From Macrostomum lignano (Eukaryota): a stretch of DNA of 64,000 nt. The translations under genes were made by a program, and so were the position numbers. How positions within the stretch are numbered: the stretch's first letter is position 1; every line of letters starts with the position of its first letter. The notes under the pieces are model-generated. The model had not been told where the DNA came from. It was given only the letters and a program-made list of their open reading frames with translations, and ran no database searches. The stretch spans positions 62,001 through 126,000 of the forward strand of contig NIVC01002412.1 of assembly GCA_002269645.1 (NCBI GenBank), read 5' to 3'. Positions 10,354 to 22,600 of the stretch are shown here, in pieces.

Positions 10354-13300
10354 ATGCCAGGTCGTAACCAGCAGTCGTTGGATCCGGCCGATTTGCTCGA
10401 TCCATACGATGATTCAGACGAAGCGTCACTTCAGTCGTTTTCGGCTAGCGAAGACAATGAAGACGACGTTGAAAACTACGAGGAGGGAGGCGAGCCTGAC
10501 GAGCCGCTGACGCTGGAGGATGACCCCAAACAGAGTCTATTGCAGCCGGATTCTTACAGCGAAAATATTGACGAAGAAGATGAAGGGGAAGGCGAGGAGG
10601 ACGAGGCCGCTAGTGAGCTTCTATCCGGCCTAGTAGAGCAACCCCTATCGGGGCTGGAGCTTGCGCCGTTGGAAACGAAAAAGAAGAGGAAAAAGAGGTG
10701 CAAATGTTTTTCTGTTGTATAAATTCTGACACGTCCAACTGTCTCACATCTTAAAACTACTGAACAATAACTTAAAGTTACTATTTCAAGAAATTGGCCT
10801 CATCTTAAACGATTTTACTGTCTTATTCTAGAGTCTACACAATCTGTTTGTCCAACTGTAAATACGATGTTGGTAAGTTTATGTAAATGTTAATTTACTA
10901 GTACATGCAGTTCATGCTGGACCTTGTGAAATTTTTTTACTGCTTAATTGTTGAATTTTCCTAACTTAGTGCGCAACTGCGCGAGAAAACTTGGCCTTAG
11001 AGAGGCAGACGAAAATGACGATTGGAACGTGTTCTGGACTGACACCGCTGTCTCCATGGATCGAGCTTGCGCAATGAGAAAATACCAGGCAAGATTGATA
11101 AATAATTCCTGTGTTAACAATTCATAATCATAGAGTAATAGTCTTTAATAATTGGATTTTGAATTTACAGAAAATTAATCACTTTCCTGGAATGTCGGAG
11201 ATCTGTCGGAAAGATTGTCTAGCCAGAAATTTGAGCCGAATGCGCCGCCTGTTTCCTAAGGAGTTCAACATTGCGCCCAGAACGTGGGTGCTGCCTGCGG
11301 AGTGAGTGCGGGACGCGGGGAAAAAAATATCCATGGACTGGGTTGAGATGCAGGGAGAGAGATAAAATGCAGAGAGAGAGATGCCGGGGTGAGATTCAGG
11401 GAGAGGGATGAAATTCAGAGAGAGAGAGAGAGAGAGATAGGGGGGGTGAGATGCAGGGAGAGGGATGAGATGCAGGGAGAGGGGTGAGATGCACAGAAAG
11501 AGAAAGGGACGAGATGCAGGGAGAGGTATGAAATGCAGGGAGAGGAGTGAGATACAGAAAGAGAGAGATGAGATGCAGGGAGAGGGGTGAAATGCATTGA
11601 AACTGGGAAAGGGATGAAATGCAGAGAGAGGTGGCTGAGATGCAGGGAGAGAGAGATAAGATAGAGGGAGAGGGGTGAGATGCAGTGAAAGAGAGAGGGA
11701 CGAAATGCAGGGAGAGGGGTGAGACGCACACACACACAGACACAGAGAGAGAGAGAGAGAGAGATGACATGCAGAGAGAGGGATGAAATTTAGAGAGAGG
11801 GGGTGAGATGCAGGGAGAGGGATGAAAATACAGAGAGTACTTCATGCATCCATCTGCGGTTGTGCAGTAGTGTTCGCATCAGGTTTCACATAACTAAGCT
11901 CTAAGGTTAGGACCTCTGTCAGCTATTCATTCGGACATCAACACAGTTATTTTTCATACGTCTCACAGATTCTATTTATTCATAATCAATTTCAAGCCTC
12001 AAAGAAGAACTATCTCTAATATATAATACTGGCATAAGAGTGGCTGTTGAGACGAACATATATAATTTTTTTCAGCGGCCAAGAGCAGCGAGTGTTAAAA
12101 AGAAGAAAAAGCAATAAAACACTGATACACCCCCCCACAAAATTCTGCTGCTATTTTTCGTGCCCAGGTAAAACTTGCCTTGCCTACCTAGGGCTTCGGG
12201 GCTATTGTAATGCTGACTACTCCAATGCTAGAGACTTTATTTTCGCCATCTTTGAAGACATTTCGGTCGCCGTAGTCAGCTTAGTCTCATTATATAGCCT
12301 TGGAAATTGGCCTGAGAAAAAACTGCAGAGTTCAACTGTTCTATCTTCTATACACTGCTTAATAGTTTGTTTTAAATGCGTTTATTTTTAACTAGAATGG
12401 CACCCATGCCAGGCGTGAATTGCTAGCGGACCAAGTATTTCTAATCGTCTTTCTCATCTAGTTTCTTGTTTTTAGCTCATTTGGATTCCTGCAACTGGCT
12501 GTCTGAGCCACCCATGGAGATCTTTAAATAAAATCTGGAGTACCAACTCTCATCTAAACCTTTTCTCTAAACCCTGCCGAGTTTCCTTTCTAAACCCCGA
12601 TGAGTTTCCTTTCTAAACCCCGATGAGTTTCATCTCTGATCTAAACCCCGACGAGTTTCCTCTCTAAACCCCGATGAGTTTCCTCTCTAAACCCCGATGA
12701 GTTTCCTTTCTAAACCCCGATGAGTTTCCTTTCTAAACCCCGATGAGTTTCCTCTCTAAACCCCGATGAGTTTCCTTTCTAAACCCCGATGAGTTTCCTT
12801 TCTAAACCCCGATGAGTTTCCTTTCTAAACCCCGATGAGTTTCATCTCTGATCTAAACCCCGACGAGTTTCCTCTCTAAACCCCGATGAGTTTCCTCTCT
12901 AAACCCCGATGAGTTTCCTTTCTAATACCCAGATGAGTTTCCTCTCTGATCTAAACCCCGACTAGTTTCCTCTCTAAACCCCGATGAGTTTCCTCTCTAA
13001 ACCCCGATGAGTTTCCTTTCTAAACCCCGATGAGTTTCCTTTCTAAACCCCGATGAGTTTCCTTTCTAAACCCGATGAGTTTCCTTTCTAAACCCCGATG
13101 AGTTTCCTCTCTAAACCCCGATGAGTTTCCTTTCTAATACCCAGATGAGTTTCCTCTCTGATCTAAACCCCGACGAGTTTCCTCTCTAAACCCCGATGAG
13201 TTTCCTTTCTAAACCCCGATGAGTTTCCTCTCTAAACCCCGACGAGTTTCCTCTCTAAACCCCGATGAGTTTCCTCTCTAAACCCCGATGAGTTTCCTTT

Positions 13301-16300
13301 CTAAACCCCGATGAGTTTCCTTTCTAAACCCCGATGAGTTTCCTTTCTAAACCCCGATGAGTTTCCTCTCTGATCTAAACCCCGATGAGTTTCATTTCTG
13401 ATCCACCCCGATGAGCTCTATCTCTCAGACCCTGCTGAGTTTTATCTCTAAACTCTGCCGAGTTTCATCTCTAAACCCTGATGAGTTTCCTCTCTAAACC
13501 CCGATGAGTTTCCTCTCTAAACCCCGATGAGTTTCCTCTCTAAACCCCGATTAGTTTCCTCTCTAAACCCCGATGAGTTTCCTCTCTAAACCCTGATAAG
13601 TTTCCACTCTAAACCCCGATGAGTTTTCTCTCTAAACCCCGATGAGTTTCATCTCTAAACCCCGATGAGTTTCCTCTCTAAACCCCGATGAGTTTCCTTT
13701 CTAAACCCCGATGAGTTTCCTCTCTAAACCCCGATGAGTTTCCTTTCTAATACCCAGATGAGTTTCCTCTCTGATCTAAACCCCGACGAGTTTCCTCTCT
13801 AAACCCCGACGAGTTTCCTTTCTAAACCCCGATGAGTTTCCTCTCTAAACCCCGACGAGTTTCCTCTCTAAACCCCGATGAGTTTCCTCTCTAAACCCCG
13901 ATGAGTTTCCTTTCTAAACCCCGATGAGTTTCCTTTCTAAACCCCGATGAGTTTCCTTTCTAAACCCCGATGAGTTTCCTCTCTGATCTAAACCCCGATG
14001 AGTTTCATTTCTGATCCACCCCGATGAGCTCTATCTCTCAGACCCTGCTGAGTTTTATCTCTAAACTCTGCCGAGTTTTATCTCTAAACCCTGATGAGTT
14101 TCCTCTCTAAACCCCGATGAGTTTCCTCTCTAAACCCCGATGAGTTTCCTCTCTAAACCCCGATTAGTTTCCTCTCTAAACCCCGATGAGTTTCCTCTCT
14201 AAACCCCGATAAGTTTCCACTCTAAACCCCGATGAGTTTTCTCTCTAAACCCCGATGAGTTTCATCTCTAAACCCCGATGAGTTTCCTCTCTAAACCCCG
14301 ATGAGTTTCCTCTCTAAACCCCGATGAGTTTCCTCTCTAAACCCCGATGAGTTTCCTTTCTAATACCCAGATGAGTTTCCTCTCTGATCTAAACCCCGAC
14401 GAGTTTCCTCTCTAAACCCCGATGAGTTTCCTCTCTAAACCCCGATGAGTTTCCTTTCTAAACCCCGATGAGTTTCCTTTCTAAACCCCGATGAGTTTCC
14501 TTTCTAAACCCCGATGAGTTTCCTTTCTAAACCCCGATGAGTTTCCTCTCTAAACCCCGATGAGTTTCCTTTCTAATACCCAGATGAGTTTCCTCTCTGA
14601 TCTAAACCCCGACGAGTTTCCTCTCTAAACCCCGACGAGTTTCCTTTCTAAACCCCGATGAGTTTCCTCTCTAAACCCCGACGAGTTTCCTCTCTAAACC
14701 CCGATGAGTTTCCTCTCTAAACCCCGATGAGTTTCCTTTCTAAACCCCGATGAGTTTCCTTTCTAAACCCCGATGAGTTTCCTTTCTAAACCCCGATGAG
14801 TTTCCTCTCTGATCTAAACCCCGATGAGTTTCATTTCTGATCCACCCCGATGAGCTCTATCTCTCAGACCCTGCTGAGTTTTATCTCTAAACTCTGCCGA
14901 GTTTCATCTCTAAACCCTGATGAGTTTCCTCTCTAAACCCCGATGAGTTTCCTCTCTAAACCCCGATGAGTTTCCTCTCTAAACCCCGATTAGTTTCCTC
15001 TCTAAACCCCGATGAGTTTCCTCTCTAAACCCCGATAAGTTTCCACTCTAAACCCCGATGAGTTTTCTCTCTAAACCCCGATGAGTTTCATCTCTAAACC
15101 CCGATGAGTTTCCTCTCTAAACCCCGATGAGTTTCCTCTCTAAACCCCGATGAGTTTCCTCTCTAAACCCCGATGAGTTTCCTTTCTAAACCCCGATGAG
15201 TTTCCTCTCTAAACCCCGATGAGTTTCCTTTCTAAACCCCGATGAGTTTCCTTTCTAAACCCCGATGAGTTTCATCTCTGATCTACCCCGATGAGCTCTA
15301 TCTTTCAGACCCTGCTGAGTTTTATCTCTAAACTCTGCCGAGTTTCATCTCTAAATCCTGATGAGTTTCAAGATGATTTTCAAGAGGGAAAAGAATGTTT
15401 CCGGAAGACTTTCACTCCAGTCACTGGTTCTATAGGCCTCCTTGATTAACTGGAGTTTGCAGACTGTCGGAATTGTGGGCCGTTATATTTTAGCGACACA
15501 AGAATGAAAGATTTTGAAACTGATTGTCCAGTCGTCTATTCAAATATTTGCTTTTTACGTGGACTAAAAATGTACACACGCAGAAAGGTACACTCACATC
15601 AAACTGGGCTAGCGCTCTCTTCTTTTCTCCGTTGGTTTGCAATTCATCCAAGATGAGTTAAAGAGTATTAATAATTTTATGAACTTTTATCTACTAATTG
15701 AAATCTTTCAGCTACGCCGACCTGCAAGCTTATGCTCGTTCAAGGAAGCACCGAACTTACATTCTTAAACCCGATGCTGGTTGCCAGGGACGCGGAATCT
15801 GGTTCACCCGCTGCGTTAAGGATATCAAACCAACAGATAACTTGGTGTGCCAGCTCTACGTGTCACGGGTTTGTACTTTTAACTGGTACATATGAATGAG
15901 CGGAGAGCCGATTTTCGGTAGGACACCCTTCCCCCGATTCATTTGCCTACCACCCTTTCTCCCGATGAATTAGCCCACCACCGCTTCTCGCGATGAATTA
16001 GCCCACCACCCCTTCGCGCGATGAATTAGCCCACCACCCCTTCGCGCGTTCAATTAGCCCACCACCCGTTCGCGCGATCAATTAGCCCACCACCCGTTCG
16101 CGCGATCAATTAGACCACCACCCCTTCGCGCGATCAATTAGCCCACCACCCCTTCTCGAGATCAACTAGACCACCACCGCTTCTCGCGATCAATTAGCAC
16201 ACCACCCCTTCGCGCGATCAATTAGCCCACCACCCCTTCTCGCGATCAATTAGCCCACCACCCCTTCTTGAGATCAACTAGACCACCACCGCTTCTCGCG

Positions 16301-19300
16301 ATCAATTAGCACACCACCCATTCGCGCGATCAATTAGCCCACCACCCCTTCTCGAGATCAATTAGACCACCACCACTTCTCGCGATCAATTAGCACACCA
16401 CCCATTTGCGCGATCAATTAGCCCACCACCCCTTCTCGAGATCAATTAGACCACCACCCCTTCTCGAGATCAATTAGCCCACCACCACTTCTCGCGATCA
16501 ATTAGCACACCACCCATTTGCGCGATCAATTAGCCCACCACCCCTTCTCGAGATCAATTAGACCACCACCCCTTCGCGCGATCAGTTAGCCCACCACACC
16601 TTCTCGAGATCAATTAGACCACCACCCCTTCTCCCGATCAGTTAGTCCACCACCCCTTCTCGAGATCAATTAGCCCACCACCCCTTCACGCGATCAGTTA
16701 GCACACCACCCATTTGCGCGATCAATTAGCCCACCACCCCTTCTCGAGATCAATTAGACCACCACCCCTTCGCGCGATCAGTTAGCCCACCACACCTTCT
16801 CGAGATCAATTAGACCACCACCCCTTCTCCCGATCAGTTAGTCCACCACCCCTTCTCGAGATCAATTAGCCCACCACCCTTCGCGCGATCAGTTAGCCCA
16901 CCACACCTTCTCGAGATCAATTAGACCACCACCCCTTCTCCCGATCCTTCTCCTGGAGTGAACTTTCGATCTGCTGGGTTCAGTAACCTAACTTTCAGGA
17001 GGGCCAGCAAACTCTCACGGCACCAGGGAGTAGGGGATCGGGACAAATGAACTCCTTCCCTGATTTATTAGCCCACCACGCGTTCCTCCTGTCCATTAGA
17101 TACCGCCACCCCTTTTTAATTTCGGCAGAAAATTTAAGGAATTATACTATACAAAGCAGAGAAACTACAAACTGATTGGGTGGGGTGACTGAAATTTTGG
17201 ATTAGTACTTATAGTAATCGGATACCTTACGATGTTTGCCTTACCACTCAAAGCTGGCGCCAGCAGAACTTTCTCACGACTGTCTAAAAACAGTGGAAAT
17301 GTAAATCAATGTTTTTTCTTCCAATTCCTTTCACTGACACGCAGCCATTCCTGATTGACGACTATAAATTCGATTTGCGAGTCTACGTTCTGGTTGCCGG
17401 GTGCGATCCGTTTCGAATTTTTGTATTTAAAGACGGCTTGGCAAGATTCACCACGGTTAAGTATCGGGACCCGTCAGCCGTCAATCTGGTGAGCTGCTCA
17501 TAAGACTCGAGGGTTGAGGAGGGCACGGCGTTGTCCTTTTGAAAGGTCTGGGCGTGAGGTGGGTGCGGTGTTGTCGTTTTGAAGAGGTCTGGGTGTGAGG
17601 TGGGTGCGGTGCTTCGTTTTGAAGGGGTCTGGGCGTGAGGTGGGTGTGGTGCGTCGTTTTGAAGAGCTCTGGGCGTGAGGTGGGTGTGGTGCGTCGTTTT
17701 GAAGGGGTCTGGGCGTGAGGTGGGTGCACTAAGTTGCTGACTTGGAAGGTAGTAGACGTGGCCTTCCTAATTTTCGACTGGGTCGTTAATTCATTGTGTA
17801 ACGCTGTTTTTTAGGTTGTTTTTAAGACAGAGGGCCTTGTTATCTTTCTTTTTTGTTTATATCCTCAACCTGATGCAATCAAACCATGAAGCAAGTCGCT
17901 GCAATTCCATTCTGTTTTTCAAGGACAACGTATACATGCATTTGACTAACTATGCCGTGCAGAAGAACTGTCAACAGTATGTGCGCAACGATGAAGAGGA
18001 TGGCACTAAAAGGTTTGTAGGACAAGCATTTCAGCAGGATGAAAACTTTTTAACACTAACCTCATCCCCATGCCAGGCACCCACCTCATCCCCATGCCAG
18101 GCACCCACCTCATCCCCATGCCAGACACCCACCTCACCCCAATGCCAGGCACCCACCTCACCCCCATGACGGACACCCACCTCACCCCCATGCCAGACAC
18201 CCACCTAACCCCCATGACGGACACCCACCTCACGTATTTCTTTTAGACGAATCTCAACCATCAACCGTTGGCTAGCCAAAAATGGCCATGATGTAGCAAA
18301 GCTGTGGTCAGACATCGATGACGTCATCATCAAGACGATCCTATCGGCGCACGGAGTTCTTCGGCACAACTATCGCAGCTGCTTCCCGGACACCGGTCCG
18401 TCATCCGCCTGCTTTGAAATTCTCGGCTTTGACATCATTCTGGACAGGAGTTTGAGGCCTCTTGTGCTTGAGGTGAGCCACTAGAGGCAGATTCGCTCAG
18501 CTACTCAACTACTGTGCTACTCCCCTTATCTGCCTAGCTACTCCTCTCAGCTGCTGAGCTACTCCCTCAGCTACTGAGCTACTCCCTCAGCTACTGAGCT
18601 ACTCCTCTCAGCTACTGAGCTACTCCCTCAGCTACTGAGCTACTCCTCTCAGATGCTGAGCTACTCCCTCAGCTACTGAGCTACTCCCTCAGCCACTGAG
18701 CTACTCCTCTCAGCTACTGAGCTACTCCCTCAGCTACTGAGCTACTCCTCTCAGCCACTGAGCTACTCCCTCAGCCACTGAGCTACTCCCTCAGCTACTG
18801 AGCTACTCCCTCAGCCACTGAGCTACTCCCTCAGCCACTGAGCTACTCCCTCAGCCACTGAGCTACTCCTCTCAGCTACTGAGCTACTCCCTCAGCTACT
18901 GAGCTACTCCTCTCAGCCACTGAGCTACTCCCTCAGCCACTGAGCTACTCCCTCAGCTACTGAGCTACTCCCTCAGCCACTGAGCTACTCCCTCAGCCAC
19001 TGAGCTACTCCCTCAGCCACTGAGCTACTCCCTCAGCCACTGAGCTACTCCCTCAGCTACTGAGCTACTCCATCAGCTACAGAGTTACTACCTCAGCTTC
19101 TCCCCTGAGCTACTCCCTCAGCTACTCCCTCAGCTATTATGCAGAGAAACATTAACACATGTCTACTTGCATACAGCAGGTATTGAAATGTACAATTGGC
19201 AAAGCTCTCAGCCGTGGCCCAATTCTATACATCAATGCCCAACGAAAGGGTGGTAAAAGAAACAGCTGGTCCCCCCAATGATCCCATTCATTATCCCTGC

Positions 19301-19626
19301 CAAAATTCTAGGCCTCAATAGACACACGGCAAACTCTTAGGAGACTTCCTGAAGACGGTTTTAAGTCCTCCAGACGACCCCGACTTCTTCCTTCTTTCGT
19401 CCTCATTTTGCTGCATCCTCTTTGCTGTATTTTTTAAAGAAGTATTCCAGTCGCCTTACAGCTGCACAGACAGAGCTGCAATAAAAAAATCGCTCAAGTT
19501 TGCCTTCCTTTGTAGTCCAGCCATGAAGGCCTATAGGAGTCTAGACCTGCACCGGGAATACCGGGGTCTTCCCGTTTAGCACCCCTCGTTTTTAGACAAC
19601 TGTAGGCTCCACTGCAGTTTATTCAC

Positions 19627-19669
<43 letters not shown>

Positions 19670-22600
19670 GTGTGTGATGTATTGTGGTGTGTGTGATGTA
19701 GTGTGGTGTGTCTGCGATGTAGTGTGGTGTGTGATGTAGTGTGGTGTGTGTGATGTAGTGTGGTGTGTGTGATGTAGTGTGGTGTGTGTGATGTAGTGTG
19801 GTGTGTGTGATGTAGTGTGGTGTGTGTGATGTAGTGTGGTGTGTGTGATGTAGTGTGGTGTGTGTGATGTAGTGTGATGTGTGTGATGTAGTGTAGTGTG
19901 TGTGATGTAGTGTGGTGTGTGTGATGTAGTGTGGTGTGTGTGATGTAGTGTGGTGTGTGTGATGTAGTGTGGTGTGTGTGATGTAGTGTGATGTGTGTGA
20001 TGTAGTGTAGTGTGTGTGATGTAGTGTGGTGTGTGTGTGATGTAGTGTGGTGTGTGTGATGTAGTGTGATGTGTGTGATGTAGTGTGGTGTGTGTGTGTG
20101 ATGTAGTGTGATGTGTGTGATGTAGTGTGGTGTGTGTGATGTAGTGTGGTGTGTGTGATGTAGCCTACAGTTGTCTAAATATGGGGTTCTACGAATACTG
20201 CATCCAAAGGCCTACGTTGTGTAAGTATTGGATATAAGGCCTACAGTTTTTTTTAAATGGTATCCTAAGGCCCACAATTGTTTAAATATGGCATCCCAAG
20301 GCCCACAATTGTTTAAATATGGCATCCCAAGGCCCACAATTGTTTAAATACGGCATCCTAAGGATTACAATTGTTTAAATATGGCATCCTAAGGCCTATA
20401 GTTGTTTAAATATGGCACGCCAAGGCCCACAATTGTTTAAATACGGCATCCCCAAGGCCCACAATTGTTTAAATATGGCATTCCCAAGGCCCACAATTGT
20501 TTAAATATGGCATCCTAAGGCCTACAGTTGTTTAAATATGGCATCCAAGGCCCACAATTGTTTAAATATGGCATCCAAGGCCCACAATTGTTTAAATATG
20601 GCATCCTAAGGCCTACATGTACAGTTGTTTAAATATGGCATCCTAAGGATTACAATTGTTTAAATATGGCATCATAAGGCCCACAGTTGTTTAAATATGG
20701 CACGCCAAGGCCCACAATTGTTTAAATATGGCATCCTAAGGATTACAATTGTTTAAATACGGCATCCCAAGGCCCACAATTGTTTAAATATGGCATCCTA
20801 AGGATTACAATTGTTTAAATATGGCATCCTAAGGCCCACAATTGTTTAAATACGGCATCCCAAGGCCCACAATTGTTTAAATATGGCATCCTAAGGATTA
20901 CAATTGTTTAAATATGGCATCCTAAGGCCCACAATTGTTTAAATACGGCATCCCAAGGCCCACAATTGTTTAAATATGGCATCCTAAGGCCTACAGTTGT
21001 TTAAATATGGCATCCCAAGGCCCACAATTGTTTAAATATGGCATCCTAAGGCCCACAATTGTTTAAATATGGCATCCTAAGGCCTACAGTTGTTTAAATA
21101 TGGCATCCCAAGGCCTACAGTTGTTTAAATATGGCACGCCAAGGCCCACAATTGTTTAAATATGGCATCCTAAGGCCTACAGTTGTTTAAATATGGCATC
21201 CAAGGCCCACAATTGTTTAAATATGGCATCCTAAGGCCCACAATTGTTTAAATATGGCATCCTAAGGCCTACAGTTGTTTAAATATGGCATCCCAAGGCC
21301 TACAGCTGTTTAAATATGGCACGCCAAGGCCCACAATTGTTTAAATATGGCATCCTAAGGATTACAATTGTTTAAATATGGCATCCTAAGGCCCACAATT
21401 GTTTAAATATGGCATCCTAAGGATTACAATTGTTTAAATATGGCATCCTAAGGCCTACATGTACAGTTGTTTAAATATTGCATCCTAAGGATTACAATTG
21501 TTTAAATATGGCATCCTAAGGCCTACAGTTGTTTAAATATGGCATCCCAAGGCCCACAATTGTTTAAATATGGCATCCTAAGGCCCACAATTGTTTAAAT
21601 ATGGCATCCTAAGGATTACAATTGTTTAAATATGGCATCCTAAGGAATACAATTGTTTAAATATGGCATCCTAAGGATTACAATTGTTTAAATATGGCAT
21701 CCTAAGGATTACAATTGTTTAAATATGGCATCCTAAGGCCTACATGTACAGTTGTTTAAATATTGCATCCTAAGGATTACAATTGTTTAAATATGGCATC
21801 CTAAGGCCTACAGTTGTTTAAATATGGCATCCAAGGCCCACAATTGTTTAAATATGGCATCCTAAGGCCCACAATTGTTTAAATATGGCATCCTAAGGAT
21901 TACAATTGTTTAAATATGGCATCCTAAGGAATACAATTGTTTAAATATGGCATCCTAAGGATTACAATTGTTTAAATATGGCATCCTAAGGCCTACAGTT
22001 GTTTAAATAAGGCAGCCCAAGGCCTCTTAATAGTTGTCAATCTAAATTCTGGCTCTAAATCTACATAGTTCTGTCAAAATCTGCAAAATCTGTAACAGAA
22101 TCTTAACAGATTATACCCAACTGCGATTCAAAGTTCAGCCAGCGAACAATAAAAGTACATTTGATAAAGCTAACGAATCCGTTCTTATTACTTGGGAAGC
22201 ATTAATTTTCAGCTCCTATATTTCTACTTCATCTATTGTGTCTGCTCACCAACGCTCGGATGCCAATTCCCTCTCCTGCCTCAGCTTCTATATGAAAGTG
22301 CGAGTGCTCAGCATTGTAAAATTGCCTTTTGTCTGATGCCATCCCAGCCAAGCTGACTCTGCGCTGCTCCCTGATTGAATGAATAGCTCTCATTCTTTCA
22401 CTCTGTCTAGATTTACTTTTGCTTTCATCCCTTGACACATCAGATTTTTTTCCTATTGTTCTCGTTAGCCTTGCATCATTTCCAAAGCAACGTCAATGTT
22501 TCAATGTTTTGAAATGCGTGAGAATGCGCAGCTTTCAATCCGTGAGAACCACTCCACCTGAGAATCACTCCATATGAGAATCACTCCATATGAGAATCAC

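Noticed and set aside
12553-15368. Regular 23-40-bp repeats as possible CRISPR arrays
   Set aside because: Units are head-to-tail with no unique spacers, there are no cas genes, and the context is eukaryotic introns.
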